In this document: in pieces, positions 29,196-40,054 of the stretch
Layout: every line of letters starts with the position of its first letter
Numbering within the stretch: position 1 is the stretch's first letter
Assembly (NCBI GenBank): GCA_963727485.1
Contig: CAVSGM010000002.1
Location: 288,001 to 352,000 of the forward strand
Source of the DNA: an uncultured delta proteobacterium
GTDB taxonomy: Bacteria; Myxococcota; Myxococcia; SLRQ01
Direction of reading: 5' to 3'
Length of the DNA stretch: 64,000 nucleotides
Made by a program: the position numbers and the translations under genes
Notes under the pieces: model-generated
Told to the model about the DNA's origin: nothing
The model's input: only the letters and a program-made list of their open reading frames with translations
The model's database searches: none

Positions 29196-30268
29196 TGCGG
29201 CGGGTGAAGCTGGTGGTCAGCGACTTCCACGTGGGCACCGGGCGCTACCGGGCCGACGGCAGCCGCAACGAGCTCGAGGACTTCTACTTCGACGAGAAGT
29301 TCGTCGAGTTCCTCGAGTTCCACCGTACCGGCGCCTTCGCCGACGCCGAGGTCGAGGTGATCATCAACGGCGACTTCCTCAACCTCCTGCAGCAGTCCGA
29401 GGGGGTCGCCGACGGGGACCTGTTCACCGAGCGCGCCTGCATCGACCTGATGACCCGGGTCCTCGAGGGGCACCGCGAGCTCTTCGACGCCCTGGCGGTG
29501 TTCTGCGCCGAGCCGACGCGGACCCTCTCCATCGTGGTCGGCAACCATGACCCGGGGCTGCTCTTCGACGGGGTGCAGGCCCTCCTCGCCGAGCGCCTCG
29601 GCGGCCAGGTGCGCTTCTTCACCGACCACTACGACTTCGACGACGTCCACGTGGAGCACGGCAACCAGTTCGACACCCTCAACGCCTTCCCCAGGAAGCG
29701 CTTCCTCACCCGCGGGCTCCCGGAGCCGGTGGTGAACCTGCCCTGGGGCTCCCACTACCTCATCCAGGTGATGAGCCGGGAGAAGCGCCTGCGGCCCCAC
29801 ATCGACAAGGTCGTGCCCCACGGCCGGTTCTTCCGCTGGTCCCTGGTCCACGACACCCGGTGGTCGCTCAAGGTGATCCTCCACTCGATCACCTTCCTGA
29901 TCCGGTCGGTCTTCTTCCAGGTGCCCCAGCGCAAGTTCAACCTCAAGGAGCTGCTCCCGAGGCTGTGGCGCTACAAGCCGTCGCCGACCCTGGCGCGGGA
30001 GGCCCGGGGGCTCCTCGAGCGCGGGGGCTACCGGGTGGTGATCCTCGGCCACACCCACATCGCCCTCTACCGCGAGTACCCCGGCGGCCGGGTCTACGTG
30101 AACACCGGCACCTGGAATCACGTCACCTCCCTGGACGTTGGCTCCCTCGGCCGCCTGGTGCGCCTCACCTATGCCTATCTCGAGCTCGACCCCGAGTCCG
30201 GGCGCTGGCAGCCCCACCTCCGGGAGTGGCGCGGCTACCACCGCATGGTGGAGGAGCTCTATCGCTAG
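29195..30268 (+). CDS. calcineurin-like metallophosphoesterase
   Basis: SDFH, NGDF, GNHD, EHG, GHTH, NTGTW motifs. Confidence 0.88.
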   Translation: MRRVKLVVSDFHVGTGRYRADGSRNELEDFYFDEKFVEFLEFHRTGAFADAEVEVIINGDFLNLLQQSEGVADGDLFTERACIDLMTRVLEGHRELFDALAVFCAEPTRTLSIVVGNHDPGLLFDGVQALLAERLGGQVRFFTDHYDFDDVHVEHGNQFDTLNAFPRKRFLTRGLPEPVVNLPWGSHYLIQVMSREKRLRPHIDKVVPHGRFFRWSLVHDTRWSLKVILHSITFLIRSVFFQVPQRKFNLKELLPRLWRYKPSPTLAREARGLLERGGYRVVILGHTHIALYREYPGGRVYVNTGTWNHVTSLDVGSLGRLVRLTYAYLELDPESGRWQPHLREWRGYHRMVEELYR

Positions 30269-31289
30269 GCCCGCCATCCTCTCCGTCCTCGTCGCGGCCC
30301 TCGTCGCCGGCCCCGCCACCGCGGCGCCCGTGCCCGGGGACGGCGACGCGGGCGCCCCCGACGCGCCCCGGACCCACCGGGGGCTGCCGGCGCGGACCTC
30401 GGACATCCCGGCGCCGAACGGACCCCGTCCCCCGGCGCTCCCGGCGGGCCAGAGCCCCCAGGCCATCGAGGCCCTCGACGTGGACCTGGGGCCGGTGCCC
30501 AAGGAGGTGGTGGTCGGGGAGGCGACGGGCCTCGACGACCTCCAGCGCCTCGCCCACGTCCCCGGCACCCGGGTGGGCCTGGCCCTCGAGGGGGGCAACA
30601 CCCTCCGGCCCGAGGAGGTCGACCGCCTCGCGCACCTGGGGCGGGTGCACCTCTGGCTCGGGGTACCGCTGCTCCCGGTGCACCTCGAGGTCATCCGCCG
30701 GGTGAAGGCCATCTGCGATGTGACCGTGACCCTCCCGGCCGGGGTCACCCCCTCGGCGACCCTCCTGGGGCGGCTCTCGGCCTTCGGGCCTGGGCGGGTG
30801 GTCCTGCGCCTCGAGGGGCCCGTGACCCCGGCGCGCCTGGCGCCGCTGGCGGGGCGGGGTCACCCGGTGCTCTCCCTGGGGCTCCCGGCGACGGGCCTGG
30901 ATCGGGCCCTGACGCGGGCCCTGAAGGCCTTTGGAGGGCCGGTGGTGCTCCGGATCCCCGCCGGGACCAATCCCCGGGCCCTCGTCGGGCTGCGGCGGCT
31001 CCGGGGCCTCCGGATCGCCGAGGTCGATCTCCTCACCGATGCCAACCGGGTCGCCCCCCGGGTACTCGCCGCCGCCGGCCACCTCGGGGTCCCGATGCGG
31101 GTGAGCCTGGACGGGTCGGTCACCGCCGAGGATCTCCGGGTCCTCCGGAAGGTGCCCCGGCTCGCCCTCCGGATCCGCCTGGCGCCGGCGGACGAGGTGC
31201 CCCCGCGGCTGGTCCGCCTCCTCCTCGCGAGCGCCGGCGCCGCCGGGGAGGGGTGGTCGCCGGCGGGCGGGGACGCACCGTCTCATTGA
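30261..31289 (+). CDS. hypothetical exported protein (start uncertain, possibly AUC)
   Basis: Signal peptide ARPAILSVLVAALVAGPATA; high-GC3 frame; repeating beta-alpha pattern. Confidence 0.6.
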   Translation: MARPAILSVLVAALVAGPATAAPVPGDGDAGAPDAPRTHRGLPARTSDIPAPNGPRPPALPAGQSPQAIEALDVDLGPVPKEVVVGEATGLDDLQRLAHVPGTRVGLALEGGNTLRPEEVDRLAHLGRVHLWLGVPLLPVHLEVIRRVKAICDVTVTLPAGVTPSATLLGRLSAFGPGRVVLRLEGPVTPARLAPLAGRGHPVLSLGLPATGLDRALTRALKAFGGPVVLRIPAGTNPRALVGLRRLRGLRIAEVDLLTDANRVAPRVLAAAGHLGVPMRVSLDGSVTAEDLRVLRKVPRLALRIRLAPADEVPPRLVRLLLASAGAAGEGWSPAGGDAPSH

Positions 31290-31346
31290 CACGGGTGGGA
31301 CGCCGGTGTACCAAACGGCCCGCTCCGCGTGGAGCCAGCAGAATAG

Positions 31347-31421
31347 AGGCGCGTAGCTCAGGGGTAGAGCGCTACCTTGACACGGTAGAGGTCGGCGGTT
31401 CGAAACCGCCCGCGCCTACCA
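31347..31421 (+). tRNA. tRNA-Val(GAC)
   Basis: AGGCGCG/CGCGCCT acceptor, anticodon arm CTACC-TTGACAC-GGTAG, GTTCGAA, encoded CCA. Confidence 0.97.
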
Positions 31422-31498
31422 GGCCCCTTGGGGCCGTGGCTTGACGAAGTCCGGGCCACGGCCCCAACATATCCGGGCGCTTCCACTGACGGGAGCGC

Positions 31499-31526
31499 TT
31501 GACAGCATCACGACAATCGGTATTTT
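31499..31526 (+). promoter_or_regulatory. sigma70-type promoter for infC operon
   Basis: TTGACA-16 nt-TATTTT. Confidence 0.45.
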
Positions 31527-31622
31527 TCCCGCGTCCCGACCCCGCCTTGGGCGGGGTCCTTGCGTCCCCAGGCCACGGGCACGGGGGAGAAGCAGCAAAC
31601 CCCTTTTTGGGAGGGTTCGACC

Positions 31623-32285
31623 ATCCGTAGCAACCACCGTTCCTCGCGTCCCCAGGAGCGCGACCTGCGCACCAACCGGCGAATCCGAGTCCGTGAGGTC
31701 ATGGTCATCGACCAGGCCGGAGAGAAGCTGGGTGTGATGCCCACCGACGTCGCCCTGAAGCGCGCCGAGGAGGCGGGCCTGGATCTCGTCGAGGTCGCCC
31801 CGGACTCCAGGCCGCCGGTCTGCAAGATCCTGGACTACGGCAAGTTCAAGTACACGAACAAGAAGCGGCAGAACGAGGCCAAGAAGCACCACACGACCCA
31901 GGAGCTCAAGGAGGTCAAGCTTCGTCCCAAGACGGACGAGCACGACTACGACTTCAAGCTCAAGCACGCGCGCCGCTTCCTCGAGAGCGGCGACAAGGTC
32001 AAGGTCACGGTGATGTTTCGCGGCCGCGAGGTCATCCACAAGGACATCGCCATCAAGCGACTCGAGCAGATCGCCAAGGCCGTCCAGGACCTCGCCAAGG
32101 TCGAGAGCCCGCCGCGGATGGAGGCCCGGACCATGCATATGATCCTGGCCCCGGACAAGAAGATCACCGAGAAGAAGAAGGCCCCACCCAAGCCCAAGCC
32201 GACCGAGGGCGCGGAGACCGCCGCGCCGAAGGCCGCCAAGGTCGAAGAGGCGGGGCAGGGCGCCCAGCAGCCCACCCAGGAGTGA
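31623..32285 (+). CDS. infC: translation initiation factor IF-3 (AUC start, C-terminal extension)
   Basis: [51 protein letters not shown] 8 nt before ATC. Confidence 0.96.
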   Translation: MRSNHRSSRPQERDLRTNRRIRVREVMVIDQAGEKLGVMPTDVALKRAEEAGLDLVEVAPDSRPPVCKILDYGKFKYTNKKRQNEAKKHHTTQELKEVKLRPKTDEHDYDFKLKHARRFLESGDKVKVTVMFRGREVIHKDIAIKRLEQIAKAVQDLAKVESPPRMEARTMHMILAPDKKITEKKKAPPKPKPTEGAETAAPKAAKVEEAGQGAQQPTQE

Positions 32286-32289
32286 GAAG

Positions 32290-32493
32290 ATGCCCAAGCT
32301 GAAGACCAACCGGGGCGCCGCCAAGCGATTCAAGGTGCGCAAGAGCGGCAAGGTGAAGGCGAAGCACGCCAACGCCCGCCACATGCTCACCTTCTCCAAG
32401 TCCCAGGGCCAGAAGCGGAAGCTCCGGGGGACGTACTCCCTCTTCGACGCCGACGCCAAGAAGGTCAAGAAGGAGCTCCTGCCCTACGGCTAG
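32290..32493 (+). CDS. rpmI: 50S ribosomal protein L35
   Basis: [15 protein letters not shown]...LLPY. Confidence 0.97.
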   Translation: MPKLKTNRGAAKRFKVRKSGKVKAKHANARHMLTFSKSQGQKRKLRGTYSLFDADAKKVKKELLPYG

Positions 32494-32600
32494 CCGCCGG
32501 GCTGGAGTCCCACCCACCCAAGTCGGGCCGGTCCTCCGCCGGCCCGCTCCCTGCCACGGCCTGACGGGCTTGGTGCGCAGGGGACGAAAGGAAGAGCACC

Positions 32601-32951
32601 ATGCGAGTCAAGGGCGCGGGTCCGCGCAGGACCCATCGACGCAAGCGCATCCTCAAGCTGGCCGAGGGCTTTCGCGGCCGGCGCAAGAACACCATCCGCC
32701 GCGGCAAGGAGGCGGTCGAGCGCGCGCTCGCCTACGCCACCCGCGACCGGAAGCAGCGCAAGCGTCACTTCCGCCGCCTGTGGATCGCCCGGATCAACGC
32801 CGCGGCCCGGCAGAACGGGATGAGCTACAGCCGGCTGGTCAGCGGCCTCAAGAAGGCCGGCGTCACCCTCGACCGCAAGGTCCTGGCGGAGATCGCCTAC
32901 TCGGATCCCGCGACCTTCGCCGCCGTCGTCGACGCCGCCAAGGCCGCCTAG
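32601..32951 (+). CDS. rplT: 50S ribosomal protein L20
   Basis: [34 protein letters not shown]. Confidence 0.98.
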   Translation: MRVKGAGPRRTHRRKRILKLAEGFRGRRKNTIRRGKEAVERALAYATRDRKQRKRHFRRLWIARINAAARQNGMSYSRLVSGLKKAGVTLDRKVLAEIAYSDPATFAAVVDAAKAA

Positions 32952-32973
32952 CTTCCCTCGGAGGCGCCGCGCC

Positions 32974-34110
32974 GTGGCTGACCGCGAAGGGGCAGGGGGC
33001 GTCTCTCCGGACGCCCTGATCGCCGACCTGGAGGCGGCCGAGGGTGCCGCTCGCGCGGCCCTCGAGGCCGCCGTCTCGTCTTCGGGCGGGGCCGATCCCC
33101 AGGCGGCCGTGGAGGACATCCGCGTCCGCTTCCTGGGGAAGAAGGGCGAGGTCAGCCGCATCCTCAAGTCCATGGGGCGCATCCCTGGCCCAGACCGGCC
33201 CCGGGTGGGGCAGGTCGCCAACGGCGTCCGCGACCGCATCGAGGCGGCGCTCGCCGGGGCCCGGGAGGCCGCCGCCGGCGCCGCCCTCCGCGCCGAGCTC
33301 GAGGGCCCGGCCCTCGACGTCACCCTCCCCGGCCGGCCCCTGACCGTGGGGCGCCGCCACCCGGTGACCCGGGCCCGGGACGAGCTGGTGGAGATCTTCC
33401 GGCGCATCGGCTTCGACGTGGCCACCGGCCCGGAGATCGAGGGCGACTACTACAACTTCGAGGCCCTGTGCATGCCCCCGGACCACCCCGCCCGGGACAT
33501 GCAGGACACCTTCTACGTCGAGGGCGCGGTGGCGCCGCTGGCCGAGACCGCCGACGGCGCCGAGGGCCCGAGGCCCGGGCAGGGCCTCCTGCGCACCCAC
33601 ACCTCGCCGGTGCAGATCCGCACCATGCTCCGCCACCGGCCGCCGGTGCGGGTGGTGTGCCCGGGGAAGGTCTACCGCCGGGACTCCGACGTCACCCACA
33701 CCCCCATGTTCCACCAGATTGAGGGGCTCTGGGTCGACCGGGGCGTCACCCTCGCGGACCTCAAGGGCACCCTGCAGCTCTTCGGCCAGGCGTGCTTCGG
33801 GCCCGGCACCGAGATCCGCCTGCGCTCGAGCTACTTCCCCTTCACCGAGCCCTCGGTGGAGGTCGACGTGAGCTGCACCCTCTGTGGCGGCCAGGGCTGC
33901 CGGGTGTGCTCGGGGACCGGGTGGCTGGAGATCCTCGGCGCCGGCATGGTCGACCCCGGGGTGTTCGCCGCGGTGGGCTACGACCCCGAGGTCTACAGCG
34001 GCTTCGCCTTCGGCATGGGCATCGACCGGGTGGCCATGCTCAAGTACGGCGTCGACGACCTCCGCGCGTTCTTCGAGGACGACGCCCGGTTCCTGGAGCA
34101 GTTCCCGTGA
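32974..34110 (+). CDS. pheS: phenylalanine-tRNA ligase alpha subunit
   Basis: [48 protein letters not shown]. Confidence 0.98.
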   Translation: MADREGAGGVSPDALIADLEAAEGAARAALEAAVSSSGGADPQAAVEDIRVRFLGKKGEVSRILKSMGRIPGPDRPRVGQVANGVRDRIEAALAGAREAAAGAALRAELEGPALDVTLPGRPLTVGRRHPVTRARDELVEIFRRIGFDVATGPEIEGDYYNFEALCMPPDHPARDMQDTFYVEGAVAPLAETADGAEGPRPGQGLLRTHTSPVQIRTMLRHRPPVRVVCPGKVYRRDSDVTHTPMFHQIEGLWVDRGVTLADLKGTLQLFGQACFGPGTEIRLRSSYFPFTEPSVEVDVSCTLCGGQGCRVCSGTGWLEILGAGMVDPGVFAAVGYDPEVYSGFAFGMGIDRVAMLKYGVDDLRAFFEDDARFLEQFP

Positions 34111-36592
34111 GGATTCTCCTACGCCTGGCTCACCGAGTACCTCCGGGGCGGCGAGGTGCCGCCTCCCGAGGCGCTGGCCGAGATGCTCACCCGCGCCGGC
34201 CTCGAGGTCGAGGCGGTGGAGCCCCTCGGCGCCGGGCTCGCCGGCGTGGTGGTGGGCGAGGTCGAGGAGAGCAAGCCGCACCCCGACTCGGACCACCTCT
34301 CCATCTGCCAGGTCTTCGACGGCACCACCCGCCGGCAGGTGATTCTGCGGCGCCCCCAACGTCCGCGCCGGGATGCGCTCGGCGTTCGCGCCCCCGGGGA
34401 CCACGCTGCCCGGCGACTTCCACATCGCGGTGCGCACGGTCCGGGGCGTGGAGTCGGCGGGGATGCTCTGCTCCAGCCGGGAGCTCGGCCTCTCCGAGGA
34501 GCATGAGGGCATCCTCGACCTCGGCCGCCGCGCCAAGATCGGCGCGCCCCTGGCCCGGCACCTGGGCCTCGAGGACACGGTGCTCGAGCTCGGGGTCACC
34601 GCCAACCGCCCCGACGCCCTCTCGCACCTGGGCGTGGCCCGGGAGGTGGCGGCGCTCACGGGCCTCAAGCTCAAGGCGCCGCGGTTCACCGTCGCCGAGA
34701 AGGCGGGCCCGGTGGCCGAGGCCGCCTCGGTGACCATCGAGGACCCCGAGCGGTGCGCCCGGTACGTGGCCCGGGTGGTCGAGGGCGTGCGCATCGCCCC
34801 CTCGCCGCCGTGGCTGGTGGCCCGGCTCGCCGCCGCCGGCGTGCGCGCCATCAACAACGTCGTCGATGTGACCAACTTCGTGCTCATGGAGCTCGGCCAG
34901 CCGCTGCACGCCTTCGACCTCGACGGCCTCGCGGACCACCGGGTGGTGGTGCGCCGGGCCGCGGCGGGCGAGAAGCTGCGCACCCTCGACGACGTCGAGC
35001 GCACCCTCGACACCGACGACCTGGTCATCGCCGACGGCGCCGCGCCCATCGCCCTGGCCGGGGTCATGGGCGGGGGCGACTCGGAGGTCAAAGGCGGCAC
35101 CACCCGCCTGCTCATCGAGAGCGCCTGGTTCGAGCCCACGGGGGTGCGCCGCACCGCCCGGCGCCACGGCCTCCACACCGAGGCCTCCCACCGCTTCGAG
35201 CGGGGCGCCGATCCCGGGATCGCCCGCCTCGCCGCCGACCGCGCCGCCGCCCTCATCGCCCGCCTGGGCCGGGGGAAGGTGCGCGCCGGGGTCCTCGACG
35301 TCCACCCGAGCCCCCGGCCGCCCCGGGAGGTGACCCTGCGCTACGGGCGCACCGACGCGGTCCTCGGGGTGAAGATCCCCCCGGCGACCCAGCGCGCCAT
35401 CCTCACGCGCCTGGGCTTCAAGGCGGCGCGCAAGACCCGCGAGGCGGTGGTCTGGGAGGTGCCGAGCTTCCGTACCGAGATGGACCGCGAGATCGACCTC
35501 GTCGAGGAGGTCGGGCGCATCCACGGCTACGACGAGGTCCCGGCGACCCTGCCCACGCGCGAGGCGAGGCTCTCCACGGTGGTGGGGTGGGACCGCAGCG
35601 CCGAGGTCGAGGGGCGGCTCCGGGACGTCGCCAGCGCCGCCGGGTGCCTCGAGGTGGTGAACTACAGCTTCGTCTCCGAGGCCGACGTCGCCGCCACCCT
35701 CCCTGCGATCCCCGGCGCGCCGGCTCCGGCCGACCGCCCCGAGGCCCACCCGGTGCGCCTCGCCAACCCCCTCTCCGCCGAGCAGGCGGTGATGCGCACC
35801 ACGGTGCTCACCAGCCTCCTCTCGAACCTCCGGAGCAATCGCCGCTTCCGGGAGACCGATCTCAAGCTCTACGAGCTCGGCCGCGCCTACCTCCGGGACG
35901 ACACCGACCGCACCCGGGAGCCGGCGCGCTTCGCCGCGGTGCTCTCGGGCCGCCGGGGGGCGCGCAGCTGGGCCGCCCCCGAGGCCGAGGTCGACTTCTA
36001 CGACGCCAAGGGCCTGGTCGAGGCGGCGCTCGAGCGCCTGGGCCTCACCGGCGCCCGCTTCGTCCACGATCCCGCCGCCGCCCCCTGGCTCCACCCCCGG
36101 TCCGCCTGCGTGGTGCGCGTGGGGGGCGGGTCGGACGGCGCGCGCGAGGTGGACCTGGGCTGGCTCGGCGAGGTGCACCCGGTGGTCGCCGAGGCCTTCG
36201 AGCTCCCCCGGGGGATCTTCGCGGTGGAGCTCGAGGTCGATCGCCTGGGCGAGCACGCCGAGCTCGCCATCGACGCCCACGGGGTGCCCCGGTTCCCGGC
36301 GGTCCTCCGGGACCTGGCGGTGGTGGTCGACGCCGCGGTCCCCGCCGACCGGGTCACCGCGCTGCTCACCGCCCCGGTGGACGCCGCCTCCGACCTCGGG
36401 GCCGAGGTCACCGAGGCGACCCTCTTCGACGTCTACGCGGGCCCCCAGGTGGGCGAGGGGAAGCGATTGCTCGCCTTCGCCATCCGCTACCAGGCCCCGG
36501 ACCGGACCCTCACCGACGACGAGGCCGGCCGCATCCACGACGCGCTGGTGCGCCGCCTCGAGGCCGAGGTCGGCGCGAGCCTCCGGGCCTAG
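34107..36592 (+). CDS. pheT: phenylalanine-tRNA ligase beta subunit (two apparent +1 frameshifts, 34112-34116 and 34341-34345)
   Basis: Restored MRISYAWL and [45 protein letters not shown]. Confidence 0.95.
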
Positions 36593-36744
36593 GGCCGCGT
36601 CCGGTGGGCCGCGGTGTCCTCGCCGCGCTTCCGGTCCTGCCCCCGGTCATGTAGAACACCCGGAGGTTGCGCCACCTCCGGGGGATCACATCGGGGCGTG
36701 GCGTGTGGTTCCCGAACGCACGTCAACCGTGGGAGGACGAACGC

Positions 36745-37317
36745 ATGACCACCCCCGATCAGGGTATGCCCCAGGAAGCCCCTCCGACGCCGGGCCAGTC
36801 CGGCTCCAACGTCGTCGCGATCATCGCGCTCATCGGCGCCATCATCGGCCTGGTGACCTTCTGGATGCCGGTGGTGGGCCTGGTGATCTCCGTGGTCGCC
36901 CTCGTCCTCGCCATCGTCGGAATGAAGGGGGCCGCCGCCAAGGGTGGCAAGGGCCTGGCCATCGCGGCGCTGGTGGTGTCGATCCTCGGCACCCTCGGTG
37001 GCGGCGCCAGCACCGCCTGCGCGGGCCTCCTCGCCAAGGGCGCCCACGACGCCGCCCAGTCCAACGGCTTCCGCTCCTTCGGCGACATGATGAAGGCCGC
37101 GGCGGACATGCCCAAGAAGCTCGACGCCGCCGCCCAGCAGGCCGGCTTCAAGAACTACGCCGAGTGGCAGCAGAAGGACCCGAAGGCCGCCCAGGCCGAG
37201 GCCCAGAAGCTCGGCAAGGAGATGGGCCAGCGCATGAAGCACGACGGCGAGCAGATGCAGAAGGCCGGCGGCGACACCGGCGCGGCGCCCGCGGGCGGGG
37301 GCGGCACCGGCAACTGA
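36745..37317 (+). CDS. DUF4190-like membrane protein
   Basis: Hydrophobic helices with GKGLAIAALVVS motif; SD GGAGG. Confidence 0.7.
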   Translation: MTTPDQGMPQEAPPTPGQSGSNVVAIIALIGAIIGLVTFWMPVVGLVISVVALVLAIVGMKGAAAKGGKGLAIAALVVSILGTLGGGASTACAGLLAKGAHDAAQSNGFRSFGDMMKAAADMPKKLDAAAQQAGFKNYAEWQQKDPKAAQAEAQKLGKEMGQRMKHDGEQMQKAGGDTGAAPAGGGGTGN

Positions 37318-37321
37318 CGCC

Positions 37322-38129
37322 GTGCATCCGTACCTCCTCCGCTTCACCAACCCGGTGACCGGGGCGGCAGGGGGCGTGACGACCTACGCCCTCTGCCTCT
37401 TCCTCGGCGCCGGGGCGGCCATCGTCCTCGCCTGGGCCCTGGGCCGGCGGCGGGGGATCCCCGGCTTCGACCTCCTCGCCGTGGGCGGCATGGCCCTCGG
37501 CGGGGGGCTCCTCGGCGCCAAGGCCTTCTACCTGGCCCTCAACGGCCCCGAGGTCGTCGCCCGGTACGGGTGGCGGGCGCTGCTCGCGCGGCGGCGGCTT
37601 CGTGTGGTACGGCGGCCTCCTCGGGGGCGCGGCGGCCGTCCTCCTCTACGCCCGGGCCTACGGGCTCCCCAAGGCCATCCTCGCGGACCTCGCGGCCCCG
37701 GGGCTCGCCCTGGGCCAGGCCTTCGGGCGGGTGGGGTGCTTCGCGGCCGGGTGCTGCTACGGGCGGCCGGCGCCGGGCTTCCCCCTGGCCGTGGTGTTTC
37801 CGCCCGGGGCGATCGCCCCGGCGGGGATCCCCCGGTACCCGACCCAGCTCTTCGCGGTGGCGGGGCTCCTGGTCCTCGCGACCGTCCTCGTGGTGCTGAT
37901 TCTGCGCCGTCCCGCCCTGCGCAGCGGGGTGGTGATCTGGATCTACCTCATGGCCTACGCGGCCCTCCGGTACGTGGTGGAGATCTACCGGGGGGACGAT
38001 CGGGGGCCCATGGTGGGGCCCTTCTCGCCGTCCCAGGTCATCGCCCTCGCGGTTCTCGCGGCCGGCGGGGTGGTGGCCGGACTCGCCCTCACCGGGCGAA
38101 GAAGGGCCGGGGCCGAGGCACGGCGTTGA
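37322..38129 (+). CDS. lgt: prolipoprotein diacylglyceryl transferase family (apparent +1 frameshift near 37588)
   Basis: MHPYL, GFVWYGG, GQAFGRVGCF.AGCCYG, YPTQL, RYVVEIYR. Confidence 0.8.
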
Positions 38130-38180
38130 CACGGTGGTCGTTTTGTGGCGTGATTTCGGCCGCCTAGGGGAGGAGCCGGA

Positions 38181-38457
38181 ATGACGAAGGCCGACATTAT
38201 CGAGAGCGTCTACAACAAGGTCGGGTTCTCCAAGAAGGAGAGCGCCGAGATCGTCGAGCTCGTGTTCGACACCATGAAAGAGACGCTCGAGAAGGGTGAG
38301 AAGATCGAAGATCTCCGGCTTCGGGAACTTCATCGTCCGGGAGAAGAAGGCCCGGATCGGGCGAAACCCGCAGACCGGCGAGGAGATCGAGATCAGCGCC
38401 CGCCGGGTCCTGACGTTTCGGCCCAGCCAGGTCCTCAAGAACGCCCTGAACGGCTGA
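38181..38457 (+). CDS. ihfA: integration host factor alpha (apparent extra G at 38307)
   Basis: [15 protein letters not shown]; restored [33 protein letters not shown]. Confidence 0.93.
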
Positions 38458-38504
38458 CCTTGGCCTCGTCCCCACGCAACGCCGGCGGCGCCGGCCGGGG
38501 GTGG

Positions 38505-39035
38505 GTGGCCACCGAGTCCGAAGCCCCGGGCGGCGAGGGTGCGGCCGCGTCCAGCCCCGCCGGCACGTCCGAGTCCGCCGGCGTGACCGAGGCCCGGGCC
38601 CCCGAGGCCCCCACCGTCCCCGGGACCGATCTCCCCGGTGGCGGCCTGCGCCTCCCCGATCGCCGGTACTTCCGCATCGGCGAGGTCGCCGAGCTGGTGG
38701 GGGTCAAGGCCCACGTCCTGCGCTACTGGGAGAGCGAGTTCCCCGAGCTGCGCCCCAAGAAGTCCCCCCAGGGGCAGCGCCTCTACCGGCGCCGGGACGT
38801 GGAGATCGCCGCGGCGGTCTGCCGGCTCCTCCACGGCGAGCGCTACACCATCGCCGGGGCCCGGGAGCGCCTCAAGGAGCTGCTCTCCACCAGCCAGCTC
38901 GACCTCTTCGTGGCGCCGAAGGTCCCGGTGACCGCCCTCCAGACCGGCCGCCTCGAGTCCCTGCGCGACGGCCTCAAGGGCCTCCTCGACCTCCTCGACC
39001 GCCGGGCGGAAGATCTCACGGCAACGCGGGATTGA
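38505..39035 (+). CDS. MerR family transcriptional regulator (start uncertain)
   Basis: YFRIGEVAEL..HVLRYWESEF..QRLYRRRD..YTIAGA; usual ihfA-merR-tRNA-Pro context. Confidence 0.9.
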   Translation: MATESEAPGGEGAAASSPAGTSESAGVTEARAPEAPTVPGTDLPGGGLRLPDRRYFRIGEVAELVGVKAHVLRYWESEFPELRPKKSPQGQRLYRRRDVEIAAAVCRLLHGERYTIAGARERLKELLSTSQLDLFVAPKVPVTALQTGRLESLRDGLKGLLDLLDRRAEDLTATRD

Positions 39036-39105
39036 CACCCCGCGCCTCCCGCGGTTACAAACGCCCGCCCCGATCGCCGCGTGTTGGTCCGGGGCGGAAG
39101 AATAT

Positions 39106-39182
39106 CGGGACGTAGCGCAGCCTGGTAGCGCACTTGCTTGGGGTGCAAGTGGTCGCTGGTTCAAATCCAGTCGTCCCGACCA
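39106..39182 (+). tRNA. tRNA-Pro(GGG)
   Basis: CGGGACG acceptor, CTTGC-TTGGGGT-GCAAG anticodon arm, GTTCAAATC, CCA. Confidence 0.97.
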
Positions 39183-39183
39183 C

Positions 39184-39215
39184 CGGCCGTCCCCGGGAGA
39201 TCCCGGGGGCGGCCG
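39184..39215 (+). terminator. 14-bp GC hairpin after tRNA-Pro
   Basis: CGGCCGTCCCCGGG-AGAT-CCCGGGGGCGGCCG; no U-tract. Confidence 0.4.
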
Positions 39216-39225
39216 ATTCAGTATC

Positions 39226-40002
39226 ATGAGCCGCCCGCGCATCCTGGTCTCCAACGACGACGGCGTCCGGTCTCCCGGGCTCCTGGCCCTCGCCGAGGCC
39301 GCCCGGGAGCTCGGCGAGGTCACGGTCGTGGCCCCCGATCGCGAGCAGAGCGGGGCGAGCCACGCCATCAGCCTCTACCGGCCGCTGCGCCTCACCCGGG
39401 TGGGCGAGGACGTCTGGGCCTGCGACGGCACCCCCACCGACTCGGTCTACCTGGGCATCCACCACGTCCTCGGGGGCCGCCGGCCCGACCTCGTCCTCTC
39501 GGGGGTGAACCTCGGCCCCAACCTCGCTGAGGACGTCTCCTACTCCGGGACCCTGGCGGCGGCCTTCGAGGGCTCGGTCTTCGGGGTGCCCTCGGTGGCG
39601 CTCTCCCTGGCGGGCGGGCCGCCCTGGGACTTCTCCCACGCGGCGCGCTTCGCCGCCCGCCTCGGGGCCCGGATCCTCGAGACCGGGCTGCCGCCGGGGA
39701 TCATCCTCAACGTGAACGTGCCCCCGGGCACCCCCGAGGGCTTCCGCTTCACCCAGCAGGGCCGCCGGGGCTACGGCGAGGCGGTGCAGGTGCGCACCGA
39801 CCCGCGCGGCCGGCCGTACTACTGGATCGGCGGGGACAGCAAGGACCACACCGACGTCCCCGGCTCCGACTGCAACGCCCTCCTCGACGAGGGCCTCATC
39901 TCCGTCACCCCCCTCCACCTCGATCTCACGGCCCACGCGGCCATGAAGCGACTCGAGGATTGGACGCTCGAGGGCTTCTCGCGGGTCGACCCCGCCGAGT
40001 AA
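39226..40002 (+). CDS. surE: 5'/3'-nucleotidase SurE
   Basis: ILVSNDDG, APDREQSG, GTPTD, SGVNLGPN, YSGT, SVTPL. Confidence 0.97.
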   Translation: MSRPRILVSNDDGVRSPGLLALAEAARELGEVTVVAPDREQSGASHAISLYRPLRLTRVGEDVWACDGTPTDSVYLGIHHVLGGRRPDLVLSGVNLGPNLAEDVSYSGTLAAAFEGSVFGVPSVALSLAGGPPWDFSHAARFAARLGARILETGLPPGIILNVNVPPGTPEGFRFTQQGRRGYGEAVQVRTDPRGRPYYWIGGDSKDHTDVPGSDCNALLDEGLISVTPLHLDLTAHAAMKRLEDWTLEGFSRVDPAE

Positions 40003-40054
40003 CCCGGAGGATCGCGACATCGACGCCACCGACACCCCCACCCGCCGGGGCCTG

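Noticed and set aside
27965..30268. 767-aa ORF ending in the metallophosphoesterase
   Set aside because: The middle is an off-frame reading of the AI-2E gene; the phosphoesterase starts at 29195
38181..39035. Apparent IHF-MerR fusion ORF
   Set aside because: One extra G at 38307 creates it; removal restores a full ihfA ending at 38457 and a separate merR
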